NCBI RefSeq assembly: GCF_048593235.1
Contig: NC_133620.1
Location: 452,939,261 to 453,003,260, forward strand
DNA: 64,000 bases
DNA from: Sminthopsis crassicaudata
Taxonomy: Eukaryota
Direction of reading: 5' to 3'
Shown here: positions 14,236 through 27,388 of the stretch, piece after piece
Layout: each line of letters starts with the position of its first letter
Position numbering within the stretch: position 1 is the first letter of the stretch
Program-made: the position numbers and the translations under genes
Notes under the pieces: generated by a model
Database searches by the model: none
Seen by the model: the letters and a program-made list of their open reading frames with translations, nothing else
What the model was told of the DNA's origin: nothing

Positions 14236-15372
14236 CTTCCTCCCAAGTGCTGTCTCTGATGGGAAGGATGCTCTCTGAAGGCAGGAACTCTTTCCCTTTG
14301 TATTTATAACTTTAACTCTGGGATGGCTGCCATATCCCTTGGTTGATTGATTGATTGAAGTGCTAATTTATCTATTTCATGAAGATATTACTCAAAGAAC
14401 TTGAGTGCTTTAAAGCCACTTAAGAAATACAGAGAATAAATGAGATAAAGGCACTTAATCTCCCTGAGGAAAAGAGCAAGCAATTAATTTATACATTAAA
14501 AATGGTTTTGAAAACCAGCTGTGTATTTCTATTGCTGTGCCATGTAAGGCAAAGAAACAGAAGTCACTTATAGCTTAGGGCTGGGATATGTTATTTTTGC
14601 AGCAAAAAAGGTGCTGGATTGGGAGGCAGGAAGAACAGGTTCTAATCTCCTTTAACTAGGTGATCTTAGACAAGTCACTTCACCTCTGCACCTCAGGGTC
14701 ATATATTTAGATTATTTGGATTCAGTGACTTCTAAGAAAACTGACCTTAAAATTTGTGTCCTGGGATCTTATCCCTTTTCCACATCCATGATACCCTCTA
14801 CAAAGCTATTATAGGGAAACTGGGTGGGGATCGATATTGGTATAACCAATCTAAATTGTAAAAAGAATTAGAACCACCATTGCAAAAAAAAAAAAAAAAA
14901 AACTCAAAAAGTCCAGTCCTTACCCCTCTCAGAGGCTTATAACTTCATTGGAGAGATAAAACACAGGCACATAGATAGTTATATAACAAATTGGTGGTGT
15001 ATGGAGTAGAAAGAGTATGGGATTTGGAATCAGAGGACCTGGATTTGAATTCAGCTCCATAAATGACAACATGATGTTGACCAAGTCACTTACTATCTTT
15101 AGACCTTAGTTTCCTAGCCTGTAAAATGAAACAGTTGGTTATGATGATCTCCAAACTTCTTTCTAATTAAATCTTACACTAAATCAGACATATGCACAGG
15201 TGCTAGGGGGAATCTGAGGAGGCAAGGATTCCCAAGGACTGGAATGATTAGGGAAGGTTGTTGGGGAGAAATAGGAACTGGACCTCAAAGGGTGCTCAAC
15301 ACACACATGCTCTCAAACGAGGTCAGACTTCACCAGATGAGGTTTTCCAATGCTCTGTTTCCGTATTTTTAG

Positions 15373-15529
15373 AATAGCCAAGATGAAGAATGAAGTCAAA
15401 GAAAAACAAGAACAAAGAGAAAATATCAAAAAAATCAAGTCCCAGGTGGGCAAGATGCGGAAGGAAGCTCTGGGTTTGCAGTTCCAAGAATGGCTTCTGG
15501 ATGCTGATGGAAAGATTCCACTTCCTGTG
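15373..15529 (+). CDS. EFCAB5: EFCAB5 exon, 157 nt (RIAKMKNEVK...EWLLDADGKIPLPV)
   Basis: tatttttag acceptor and GTG|gtaagg donor; aligns to human VSKMKENV...EWILDPKGMIPKSV (recall). Confidence 0.93.
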
Positions 15530-16339
15530 GTAAGGAGAAAAGGAGTCAGGGAGGAGAAGGGGAAGGAGGAATAGGGGAAGAGAAGATAAGGAATGGGGTG
15601 TTTCGTTATGGAATTGCTCATGGAAAAACTGTCCATGTCCATGTCAGCCTTAAAATCCTCCCCCTCAAATTCTACTTCTCCAGGAGCTCATTTAGCTCTC
15701 CATCTGTTTGGTCAATTTTCTTGGTTTATCTACAAAGTATTTTTCAACAAATCCTAGAAATCAAGGCCCTTATTTAGAGCTGGTCCCAATGGCTTCATTG
15801 CAGACAGGAAGGCCTGTCTTTGAGATCCCCTGATATGGTGGACAAAACACTAGATGGGGAGTCAAGGACTTGGTTTCCAATCTTATTTGGGACACTCCCT
15901 GTGTGATGTCAGACAAGCCACTTAACTTCTCTGGGATTCACTTTCCTCACTGACCAAAGGAAGGAGATTGATGAGAAAGCTTCTTCATTCCCGTCTAGCT
16001 CTAAGACTGATTCTATGAACCACAGTGAGTTTTTTCCAGATAAGATGGCTCATTTCCCTTTTATAGGAACTAATGGTTGTTAATGGTGGCTTTGGGAATG
16101 CCCACTGGTTCTGTATAGTGCTGGCCTTGGCTTTTGTACTGGACAAATATGAAATAATAGAGAAACAACAACAGTGCAGAAAGAAAATCCTTGAAAAGCA
16201 TTTCTTTAGGAGGAAAATAAGTAACTCACTTGGAATTATCTGCACTCCAGACATTCCTAGAAAATTCTCTACATTAAGGAGGTCTACCTTTAAATTGGGA
16301 TCCACCCAAGGATCATGTTTAATAATGAGCTTTCTAGGA

Positions 16340-16490
16340 AAAGTATGGTTGACACATTTTAAAATTTAATCATCATTAAGATTTTCATTATCACTTTCTT
16401 AAGTCTAGACAATAAACAAAATACTAAATTTCACATGTAAATTCTCATACTGCAATTTAACAACTGGATGAGAGCTGTTTGGAGCTGGTT
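16340..16490. mobile_element. MER63-like (hAT-Blackjack) MITE remnant; related copies at about 31855-32070 and 33965-34195
   Basis: Shared atcactttcttaagtctagac(a/g)a..aacaaa core and tgctggtaaat / aatttaacaa..gg / gctggctccagca terminal motifs, matching MER63 as recalled. Confidence 0.6.
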
Positions 16491-17043
16491 TCTACACCCC
16501 TAAGGTCTACCCTACAATCTGGAAACCTTACCTAGTAGATATTCTTTTCCCCCTTTCAGGTTCTTTTCCAATTGTCTGTCCCAAGATTTGCCACAGGTCC
16601 CAGGGGGAAGGACAGTACAGCCAATAATGGTAGTGCATTTTGAATTTCTTGCTAGCAGTTCTCTTCCTCTGCACCTAGGACCTGATTCTAGAAAGGAGGA
16701 ACTGAAGGGCTGCTAGAGCCCTCCCCTTACAGGTAAGGAAACTGCGGTTCAAAGAGTTTGACTTGCTCAATGTGATAAAATGGTAAATGATTGATCCTCA
16801 ATCCTTTCACACTGAATCTAGCTCCCACAGTGCCTTCCTCCTCCTCAGTATCAACAGTGCTCTACCTCTACCACTGGTGAATTCAAAGGAAATAAATCAC
16901 TCCTGCAAAACGTTAGGGTCCTCTTGTTCTAGAGGGATCCCATCCAGGACCCAGGTTCAAAGGTTCAAGGCTGTTTTTAAAATGTAAAATATAAACTGAT
17001 GCTTCCTTGGGTGTTTATCTGTTCCTGTGTGTGTGATTTGCAG

Positions 17044-17095
17044 ATTCAGAATGCCGTCCAAGCATTTCAGGACACTGTGGCAGGACAGAAAACTG
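17044..17095 (+). CDS. EFCAB5: EFCAB5 exon, 52 nt (IQNAVQAFQDTVAGQKT)
   Basis: gatttgcag acceptor and G|gtgagc donor; phase 0 to 1 fits neighbours; begins IQN like human IQNVLQEF. Confidence 0.8.
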
Positions 17096-17429
17096 GTGAG
17101 CATGTCTACCTAATAGCATTTGCCTGAGAGCTGAGCAAGGCTCCAACTAGTAGAGTTGTGAGAAAAATGTTAGTGCGTCAGTACTCTTGTTGGGCATCAG
17201 AAGGTCAGGTAGGTTCTTTGACAGTTAGAAAGAGCAGATGAATTTAAAAAGCACAGAAACAAGTGACCTAAATGACTTCATGTGAAGCAATCTCAATGTA
17301 AGCTAAAGGAAAAAGCTTTCAAAAAAAGATTAAAAAAACTTTAAGCAAGAAAGAGGAGCTTAAGGGCCTGGCAAATGAGGCAGGAAGTGGTAAATGAGTG
17401 GGTTTAAATGTTCTAGTTAAGCTTGAGAT

Positions 17430-18410
17430 GTTCCAGGAGCATCTCAAAGTCAGCATGACCCAAAAGCAACTCATCCTTTCCCCCTAGTACACACAGCCCT
17501 CCTCCAAACCGCTCCTTTTCTATTGAGGGCACCATTGTCGTCTGGTTTGGTAACCTCAGAGTACCCTTGGGCTTTCCTTCTTGCCCCCACAGCCATCCAG
17601 CTCATGTTAAGTCAGGGCTTCTGCTTTCTCAAGACATCTCTCAAACCCTTCCTCTTCTCACTCCTCATGTGGTCCCCTGCTTAGTTCAGAACCTAAATGG
17701 CTTTTGCCTGGGCTGTTGCAATAGCCAATTATTTTAATAATGGTCTCAGCCTGCTTCAAGTTTCTCCCCTTTCAAAGCCATCTTTACTCCATCACTGCCA
17801 AAATAATCTTCTGAAAGTAAAGGGAAACACCATGACATTCCACTATTCAAAGACAGCTAGTGTCTTCTTATTGCCTAAAATAAGATAAAATAAACTTCTC
17901 CATTTGGCCTTTGAAGTTCTCCTCAGTCTGACTCCAGCTTACATTTTCAGGCTTATTTAACATTATTCTCATTCAGATTCTCTGAGTTTTAGCCAAATCG
18001 CTTTGCCAGCTATTCCCTGAATTCAACATTCCATCTTTTACCTTAAATTTTCCTTCCAGGTTACAAAGAAAGTGTAACCTGAATTGGCAGAGTGAGTTTC
18101 CTTGTCTGGGAGCAATGCACTCACAGGGCAGGGTCCATCTCTGTCACTGTTCTCTGATCCCCCGGGAATATTCTACATCTTCTTTGCTTCTCTAAATTTG
18201 TAATCTTCCTTCAAGACTCATCTTACCTTGGAAGGCTTCCCGCTCTCCCACTGGTTTTAATGCTCCTTTCTTTCTCAGTTTACCTGCTCTACATTTGATT
18301 TCATACATATCAAACCCTTCCTGTACCAGGTAAGCTCCATGAGGACAGGAATATGTTCTATCTTGTCTTTGTATCCCTAGCACTTTGCACCTCGATGTTT
18401 AATAAACTGT
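17430..18410 (+). mobile_element. L2 LINE 3' remnant (fragmented)
   Basis: catctcaaagtcagcatgacc...ctccatgaggacaggaatatgttctatcttgtctttgtatccctagcac motifs. Confidence 0.65.
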
Positions 18411-19989
18411 TAAACATTTTGCCAACACACCATTGGGAACAGATAAAAGATAAATAGACTACCTTAAAATGCAAGGGGCTTTGTAAATAAGAAGTCATAT
18501 AGACATGGGAATTATTTATTATTTAAATTAATTTATTATGTACATAATTGCTATCTTAGGGAAACAAATATTTATAACCAATATCCTTTCCTGTTATTCT
18601 GATATTCTTGGCAGGCCTAGGGACACACAGGTGTACAAGCAGCCACATCTCCGGGGAGCCTATAATTTAATTCAGATGTGCCCTGGGCACAAATGGAAAA
18701 TGGCGCTTCCTGACTGCTTTAGAACAAAGAGTCCTGAACTGATGCTCCTCTTTTTGGTCTGTGCTCTAAGCCAGGTCCTGGCGTTTTATTAGATGAAGGT
18801 CTGGCGAATATAGGATCATAGGATCAAAGAAATTAAAAAGAACTTTAGAAATCTTCTAACAGAACATTCTCATTGCAAAGATAAGGAAATTGAAGGTCTA
18901 AGAACTGAAATGGCATGTAATAGGCACAGGTTGTATGTAACAGAGCAGGGGCTTCAATCCAGGTCTTTTCCGCCTCCCTCCCCCATCAATCCAGAGCTCC
19001 TTTTACTTCATCACACTCTTGGACTAATAGAGGCTTGGATGGTGAATTTTCCCCTAGTCCCCAAAGGAACACTCATGCTGTATTGAAGAAATCCTCCAGT
19101 GTTTGCTAGTTAATAAGTAGCAGATGAGAAGGAAGCAGAAAAGTGTGAATTCCTGCTGTCCGATCGTGCCTTATTGGAATTTGGGTGGGCTCAAAACAGG
19201 AAAGAACAGTGGAAATGAAAACAAGTTTACAAAAAGCTGGACATAAGACTGGATTCAGCCAAGTCATCTCCAAAGCATCTAGATGAACAGGACAACAGAT
19301 CTGGCAGCATTTCTAGAACAAAGTCTTTTCAACAAAGGCAGTGGTGGTCAAATCAAATATATTTGAATTCCAGTCTCTGAGTCTCTGATGAGAAATGGAA
19401 CTAAAAAAAAAAAGGAAGAATACCTGGACCAAGGTAGGCAAAATCCTGTGTTAGAGTAACTCAGTTTTAAAAATACTGAGGGATAAATGTTTAAGGTTTC
19501 TGATTACAGAAAAATTGAGGAAAATCATTATTATTATTATGTAGAAATGGTCATAGAAGACATCAGTAACTATTGCTTCATCAACTTCCTTTTTCATCTT
19601 TATAAAGTCTAAATATAATTCACCTCACTAGGAATCTTGAGAAGACCAGAGTAAAAAATGATAGACGTTTACTAAGCTATGGAAATATAAACATGCACGT
19701 GATTTCCAAAGTTTTCCAGTTTTCATTTCCTTTGTCCCAGGCTACATTATGAGAATATATATTATCATTCTTGATGCAAATTTTGGAAGGGAAGAGTCAA
19801 ATTTTAGCAAACTACTTTTTGTAATAGAACGTATCTTCAAATTCACATGATTAACTGAAAGATATAGAGAACAAGATACTTCACTGTTTAGTGCTTATTG
19901 ATTAAAAAGAGAATTGATTTGGCAGAGTGACATGTAACCCCAAAGTTTCTTTTCAGTAAAGTATTACCTAATCATATGTTAAAATCATG

Positions 19990-20234
19990 CAGATTTTTGG
20001 ATAGATTTAGTTAACACATACTTTCTTAAAATTATTTCCTTTAAAATTTTGAGTTACATATCTTCTCCTTCCCTGCAATACCCCTCCCTCACCTCCTGAG
20101 AATTCAAGTAATGCAACATTGATCATACATGTGAAATCATGCAAAGCATATATCCTCATTAGTCTTGTCACAGAAAGTAAGAAAAATAGCAAAAGTGAAA
20201 AAATTATATTTCAATTTGTACTCAGAATTAATCA

Positions 20235-20290
<56 letters not shown>

Positions 20291-20663
20291 TCTCTGGAGG
20301 TAATAGATAATATTTTTCATGAAAAATCCTTCAGAAACTGTTTTTGATCATTGTATTGATGCTCCTTAGCTCCTTAGTGGGTTACTTACTAGCTGTTTTT
20401 CACAGTCATTATTAAATGATCTCCTAGTTCTATTCACTTCACTTTGCATCAGTTCATCTAGGTCTTATCATGTTTCTTGAAACCATCCCCTTTGTCATTT
20501 CTTACAACACAATGATATTCCATCACAATTAGACACTACAACTTGTTTAACTGTTCCTTGATTGATTGGTATCCCCTCAATTTAATTCATGGCCACTACA
20601 AAAAACTGCCATAAATATTTTTGTACATATAGATCCTTTACCTTTTTCTTTTTCTTTGGGATG

Positions 20664-20716
<53 letters not shown>

Positions 20717-21160
20717 ACATATATATATATATATATAATAGTGGTATTATTAGGTCAAAGAGTATACATAGCTCTACAATCCTTTGGGCATAGTTTCATA
20801 TTATTCTCCAGAATGGTTGGAGTTTGCAGCTTTATCAGTAGTTCATTAATGTAATTATTTTTCCTAAGAATTGTTTTAAGTTCTACTCAATGGTGATTTA
20901 GAGCATTTTTTCATATAACTATAGCTTTGATTTCTTCTTTAGAAAGCTGCCTGTTTATATCTTTTGACTATTTATCAACTGCATATTGATCTTTTATAAA
21001 TTTGACTCAATTCCCTATTTATTTGAGCAATGAGGCCTTTAACAGAGAAACTTGCTATGAATTTTTTTAATATTACTTCATTATCTATGCTACCTAACCA
21101 AATGTAGTTTCCATAATTATCTCTTTTCATTAGATTTATTTTTATTTTTGTTTTTTCTGA
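19990..21160 (-). mobile_element. Older L1 3' fragment carrying (TC)n at 20237-20286 and (TA)n at 20669-20737
   Basis: Same L1 3' motifs as the 12933-13740 copy but more diverged. Confidence 0.75.
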
Positions 21161-21359
21161 TATCACAACTGTTACCCCTGTCTTTTTTACTTCAGCTAAA
21201 GCAGCCCCTTATTTTAAAGTTCATTGAGCCTCATCAAGAATCCATCTGGGTAGTAGCTGCCCTGCTCTAGTGTGGAGTATTTTAAGTAGGGTACTCACAG
21301 AATAGCAGACGTTTTTTCTTAAGGACAGAGTCAATCATCTCTCATACTATCAACTGGAT

Positions 21360-21606
21360 GAGCCAGTGTGGTGAGTATTAGAAGAGTATCAGAGGATTAG
21401 AAGGTGATATCATGGATAGGGTGCGAGAACTGGAGTCAAGAAGACCCGAGGTCAAATCCAGGCTCAGACCCTTATTAGTTGTGTGATCCTGGCTAATTCA
21501 CTTCTCTCTGCCTCTGTTTCCTCATCTGTAAAATGAGCTGGAGAAGGAAATGGACAACCACTCCCACGAAGAGTCAGATAGCACTGAAAACAATGAAACA
21601 ACAACA
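21360..21606 (+). mobile_element. MAR1 SINE (CORE plus RTE-type tail); minus-strand copies at about 26490-26705 and 59385-59630
   Basis: CORE followed by gagctggagaaggaaatgg.caaccactcc...gaagagtcag...caacaac. Confidence 0.75.
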
Positions 21607-21859
21607 TCTATTATAGTTTTCTTCCTTACATGTGTGAGGACCCCCTGGGGAACCATATGACCTGGGGAAGAAGGCGTCATAAGGTCCCAGACAGAAGCAG
21701 CAGGAATACCCGGAGTTCTTCAGCCATGTTGGGAGGTGTGGGGAATGTTGGTGGTAGAGTGACAGAGGAATTCCTTAAGCCATGTCATCCCCAGAGGAGT
21801 TCTTGGACCAAGCAGTAGCTGAGGGGAGGGACAACAAAAAGCAGACCCAGGTTTTACTA

Positions 21860-22413
21860 CCGTGTTTCCCCCATAATAAGACACTGTCTTATTATTTTTT
21901 TGGGACTAAAAAACACCAGAGGGCTTATTTTCAGGGGAGGGCTTATTTTATCCTCCATCATGCCCCTTTTATCCTCCATCATGCCCATTTTAGCCTCCAT
22001 CATGCCCCTTTTAGCCTCCATCATGCCCCCTGAGTGCTTATTTTATTCTCCATCGCTTACTGAACTTACCGAGTTTTTAGATGGTCCTGTCTCAGCTCTA
22101 CTCCGCGGCGCTGCTCTCAGTAGCGCCAGCAAGCAAATCACCAGGGAAGAAGAGGATGACGCGCTCACTGCTGCAGCTCTGATTGGATGCAGCTCGGAGC
22201 GCGCGCGACGTGCGTTTCACCCGGGAGGGGAGGGCAGCACTGCTTACTGAAGGTACCGCTACGCAGCATATAGCGCAGGGGATCACCATGATGACCGTTT
22301 TCATAGTAAGTTCGATAGGGCTTATTTTCAGGGGAGGGCTTATTTTAGCGGAATATTAAAGAGTATGTGGGTGTCTTATTTTCAGGATAGGTCTTATTAT
22401 CGGGGAAACACGG
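21860..22413. mobile_element. Non-autonomous Tc1/mariner-superfamily (Tc2/pogo-like) DNA transposon (MITE), 554 bp
   Basis: 23-bp TIRs CCGTGTTTCCCC(C/G)ATAATAAGAC matching 22/23; TA duplication at 21858-21859 and 22414-22415; identical 30-bp subterminal direct repeats at 21921-21950 and 22318-22347. Confidence 0.92.
21951..22030. repeat. 21-bp minisatellite (TCCTCCATCATGCCCCTTTTA, about 4 copies) inside the MITE
   Basis: Direct reading. Confidence 0.9.
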
Positions 22414-23956
22414 TAGTACTGTGAGTTATCCGGACTGTGCAGGTACCTGGGAAAAGAGGGATTGTTTTTGGAATCTATATGTGGATTCCCCTTGTGTGTG
22501 AGAGGGTCAGAACTCAACCCCAGGGTAGTCCTGTGTCAGGAGGACAGTAGAGGTTTGGGGGAGGCAAGGCTGACCAGAGAGAGCTGAGCTGTCTTAATTG
22601 TTTGTGGACTTGGATTCAAGTCTATATTTTAGAGGTTTGGGAGATGGGGGAAGGGCAGAATAATAAAGCCAGTTTTATATTGGAAATCTTATTAATTTCT
22701 CCTTGTAAGATCCATTTTACCCTCCCTTTTAGTTAAAGATTTTGCTTGCTTTTAGTGCTTGTATGTGAACTCAGGACCTTTCCCTCTTTTTGTGCAGATC
22801 TAAACATATTTTCAAGAAGATCTTGGGTGGGGTGAGAACAAAAGAGAATATAATTATTGTGAAGCTTGCTGAAATGACATCTTGTCTGTGTAGACATAGA
22901 GAGGGTTGTAATCCTGTGGTTCTGGGTTATGTATGGCATATGTTTGAGGGACTGTCTGGATGGACTGTTTTTTCTTTCTTCCTTTTTCCCCCTTTGGAGT
23001 GGGCTACCAGCACTAGCAGTGGAGCCAGTGAGCACCAGTTTGTTTTGTGGCCAAACGTTCTCCATCCACAGTGTCAGGTTTGGATAACTCTTACCAGCAC
23101 TACACAGAGTATTATCCAGCCATGTTTTAGAGACTGGTGAGGCACCTGGCCTCCCAGTTAGGGGAGCCTTGTCAGACCGCCAATCCTTATCACCCTCAGC
23201 ATCATATGAAATCCTGTTTGGTTTTTACAACCCTTTATAATCAATCTTTTCCTACTACTAACTTCCTTTCACCTCAACTCCCCTCCACAATCTGCAATTT
23301 AATGACAAGAGCCATCTTGCTAGTCTTCAAGCATATCTTGCTATCCTGGCTCCAGGTATTTTCATTGGCTGTCCCATGCTTAGAATTCTGTGCCTCCTCA
23401 TCTCTACTTCCTGGTGTCTCTGACCTCCTTCAAGTCTCACTTTCTCATGAAGCCTTATCCAGTCTTCCTAAATGTTAGTGCCCTCTCTCTGAGACTACTC
23501 CTAATTTATTTTGAACATATTTTCCTTATACTTATTTATTTGCCCACTGTCTCCCCCAAAAGTCTGTGAGCACCTTGAGAATAGGAACTATTTTAATTTT
23601 TTTTTACTTTCTCTGTGTCTCACAAATCTATATAACATACTTCTTCAACAAATGATCACTCACTGGTAGACTGTGGTAATGATACATTGCTATAATTCAC
23701 AAGGTCTGCTATTTTTTAACATGGAGGAAAAATAGAGGGTTTGCCCAAGGGGAGCCTGATAAGACCCTTCTGAAAGAAGCACTTTTGTATCTCAGTGAGG
23801 TGGAATTCTTTTTTAAATGGATTAATTCTTTGGCTAGGAAAAAAAAAACCTACAACTTTTATTTGATGTCTTTTTTTATACCACTTTGCTTCTGGATATT
23901 CTTTCCTTTCATGCACACACATACTGAATCTTTCCTCTTAAGAAAGAAAAGGTTAA

Positions 23957-24135
23957 GGAGCAGCTAGTCGGTGTAGTGGATATAACACCAGCCCTGAAGT
24001 CAGGAGGACTTGAGTTCATATCTGGCTTCAGACACTTAACGCTTCCTGGCTGTGTGACCTGGGCAAGTCACTAAACCCCAAGTGCCTGAGCAAAAGAAAA
24101 AAAAAAGAAAGAAAAAGAAAAGAAAAAAGAAGAAG
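23957..24135 (+). mobile_element. WSINE1-type SINE with A-rich tail
   Basis: cagctagtcggtgtagtggata...gtgtgacctgggcaagtcactaaacccc plus A tail. Confidence 0.85.
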
Positions 24136-26720
24136 CTAAGCAAAATTAACTAACAGTGATTGTATCAATGTATACACAGCAACATTATAATTGCTAAAAT
24201 TTATATAAGACTTTAACATCTGCAAAAGTCTTTACATATATTACATTTGATCCTCACAATCAACCAATCAATCAGCAAGCCTTTATTAAGCACATACTAT
24301 GTATCAGGAACTGTATTATGCACTAAGGACATTAGGAATAAAAATACAAATAGTGAAAAATGTTTCCCATGCAAGGAATGATTCTAATGGGAGGAGAAAA
24401 CCAGTACCTATACACATACATACACATACCCCCACACACAGAGCATAAAAACAAACTTGTGAAGGTAAATTCTATTAACCCGTTTTATAGATGAAGAAAC
24501 TGAGGTTTAGTTAAGAATCTCACAGCTAGTTAGTGATTGAGGCAGGATTTGAAACCACAGCTTCCTGACTTAAGTCCAAGTACTCTGTTCATTACATCAT
24601 TCACTTGCCATCCCCATAGAGTCTAAGGCACATAGAATGCCGGACCTAGAGTCAGGCAAGCCTCAGTTTAAATCTAGTCTTAGATACCTACTAGCTGGTG
24701 ACCCGGCCAAGTCACTTTACCCTGTTTGCTTCAGTTTCGTCATTTGAAGACAATAACAGGACCTACTTCTCAGGGTTGTTGTAAGATCAAATGAGGTAAA
24801 ATTTGTAAAGTGTTTAATTATCACAGTGTCTGGTATGTAGTGGGTGCTTAATTAACTCTAGTTCCTCCCTCCCTTCCTCCCTTCCTTTCTTGTTCCCCCA
24901 GATGTCTTTTGGAAGAATCAATATGTTTATTGTTAAGGAGAAATAAGAGGAATTCAAGAGAGTCCCTCATGGGTATACATAACCCAAAGTTAAAAGAGGA
25001 AGAGGAAGGGAGGAGGACAGAACTTTTGTCTGCCTATTGTTCAAATGGGATGATGTGTCCTGATTTCTAGAGCCCCCATGCTGGGGTGAAAAAACATACC
25101 ATCTTAGTGAAAGAGTGATGAGGCAAGATGGTTAAAATATGGAGTCCATTTATTCCAAGGTCTTATATCCTTATATAACCAAAGCAACATTGTGGATGCA
25201 CTAAGTATATACTGTGCATGTGGGACCATATAAACAACTTGCTATTATATGTAGATGACTCTTTGTAACCTGCTATCACTCTGCTTCAACCACAATGCAG
25301 GTTATCACCTGTGTGACTTCTCAGGAAGGCCGAAAGCCCTTAGGGGAGATGGGGAGCTGAACCAGACATTGTCAGCAGGTTCCCTCTGGGTTGAAGGGTC
25401 TTATACTTCACCCAGAGTTCCCCCACTATCTGTGGCCCTCCACAGGGTAATTTGGTATTTTCTGGTTTGTTGGGTCAATATAGAAAATTCACATCTCCCA
25501 GAGTTTTACCTTCGATTGTTTGGGGTTTATTCTGCACTGAGTAAGCTATCAACCAACGCAGGCTATGTTTGATTAAGGAGATTAAGGCCTCGGTAATACC
25601 TCCTAGGCAAGTTCAATTTTTACTCTATTTACTCCTAGGGAAAGAAGGTTGGTAAGTTAACATTTTATTCTTCTATGTAGCTCCGTTCTTTCATTGAATT
25701 ATGAATATCATTTTTTCAGCTTCCTTAGGGACATGGTACCACTTCATCCTGCCAAGCCTGAAAAAGTCAAGAAAAAAAGGAAATTATGGTCCAGATGTTG
25801 GCCCCTGCAGATGTTCTACCATCCCCACATAGTTCTCTGTTAATACTCATTCTTTTGTTTCCTGGCCAGTTCATTTAGAGTAGCCCAATGCACCAAGCAT
25901 GCATTAAACCATGGTTTATAGCGCCATAAAGATAATTTACAGTCTATTAGCTCTTTTTTTCTTTTTAGCAAGAACCATCAGTTCCAAAAGGGGTCTTATA
26001 TCACAACTTCTATTATTTCAGCTATAGTCATAAAAATAACAACAACAATTGGGTTCTCTCAGAATGGGAATCGGGAGACATTTTTTCCTGTCAAGGGCTA
26101 CTGATCCCCAGGAAAAATAAAAAGTAGGCTTATAAATAAAGGGCAACTTAATTTGATTTTTGAAATATTAAAAATGTACAAAATGTTCTAGCTATATACT
26201 TTAAGAATAGGAATAGAAACCTCTATTCAATGATATAATAAAGAAGAAAATACATATTCAGGTGCTGTGCAGACAAATAGTTAAAATAGAAGGACTGAAA
26301 AAGGAAAGGGGAAAAAGAAGAATCAAGTATCATTATCCTGGGAAAGGAGAGGCTAGAAGTAGAGCCCCTCTAAGTCCTAATTCTCTTTATCTGTAAAATA
26401 CAATAGGTTCCAAAAGGCCTAGTTCAGCTTTTGCCTCTCACTAGGTCTAAGATACCATCAAATTCTACTAGTTTGTGTTTTGATTGCCATTTGTTTGTTG
26501 TTCAGTCGTTTTTCCATTGTGTCTTATTCTTCATGACCCTATTTGGAGTTTTCTTGGCAAATATACTGGATCGATTTGCCATTTCCTTCTCCAGCTCATT
26601 TTACAGAGGAGGATTGAGAGTCTCAAAGCTAGAAGGTATTTGAGGTCAGATTTGAACTCAGGCTTTTCTGACTGGAGGTCTGGTATGCTTTTCCACCTAG
26701 CTGCTATGTTTTGGATGTAA

Positions 26721-27102
26721 ACTGGTAATGTTCAGGCTAGCTTTCTGGAGGTCCTCCGGATAGACAGGATAGACACCAGGAGAAAGGACAAAAATAGAAT
26801 CCAAAGTCTTTATTATCTCTTACACAGTCTGTGTCTGTCAGTCTGACCCAGTCTCCTCCAGCAGTCTGCCAATCTGCCAGTCTCAAACAGTCTCCCCCCA
26901 GTCTGACTTTGTCCCCAGTTTAAATACTCTATTACAATTACATCATTATAGCATACTGAGTATGTGTGAACTAAAGAATCATTACATCAGGGTACCTTAG
27001 TTCACAAAGTGTATATGTGAACTAGAGAACTATCATCTCATCAATTCCACTGAGTTAACACCTTGTTTCAAGCATATTTCTCCAGAGTTCCGGCTCTCTA
27101 CA
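26721..27102 (-). mobile_element. Solo LTR (ERV-type); related copy at 45169-45585
   Basis: TG...CA termini; both copies share tcaattccactga(g/c)tta(a/g)caccttgt...ttcaag and ctttattatctct (AATAAA on the minus strand). Target duplication not clear. Confidence 0.6.
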
Positions 27103-27234
27103 TAAACCAATATAAACCTCTCACCTAAATATGATTTACAAATGTGATTACAAATACAGAATAGCCAGTGTGGAATAGAGAATAGAATATCTGAACTTGG
27201 AGGCAAGAAGTTTAGGCTTTTACTGGGCAAATTA

Positions 27235-27388
27235 GGGGGGGGGAAGCTGGGTGGCACAGTGGATAGAGCACCAGCCTTGAATTCAGGAGGACCCAAGTTC
27301 AAATTTGATCTCAGACACTTGACACTTCCTAGCTGTGTGACCCTGGGCAAGTCACTTAACCCCAGCCTCAGGGAGGGGAAAAAAAAAG
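27235..27388 (+). mobile_element. Young WSINE1 inserted in a MIR/CORE remnant
   Basis: 14-bp TSD tactgggcaaatta at 27221-27234 and 27389-27402. Confidence 0.92.

Larger units (their letters stand above)
21629..22730. mobile_element. Possible LTR-like element hosting the MITE
   Basis: GC-elevated non-SINE block starting TG with AATAAA near 22663; family not recognised and no target duplication confirmed. Confidence 0.3.

Noticed and set aside
1-15372. Searched for the upstream large EFCAB5 exon (KFDPINYLGEYL region)
   Set aside because: Not found by eye; this region is treated as intron with the exon upstream of the window.
18060-18091. 32-nt pseudo-exon with good sites (ccag|G...AGA|gtgagt); similar 34-nt candidate at 22798-22831
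   Set aside because: Introduces a stop or frameshift, the first lies in L2, and neither has homology support.
19120-19380. About 85-codon plus frame with one stop
   Set aside because: No similarity to EFCAB5 or any family I recognise; no clear splice sites.
21951-22030. Repeat array considered as CRISPR
   Set aside because: Head-to-tail minisatellite without spacers, in a eukaryotic MITE.
27235-27388. tRNA-like heads of WSINE1/MAR1 copies as tRNA genes
   Set aside because: They continue into SINE bodies with A tails and TSDs.
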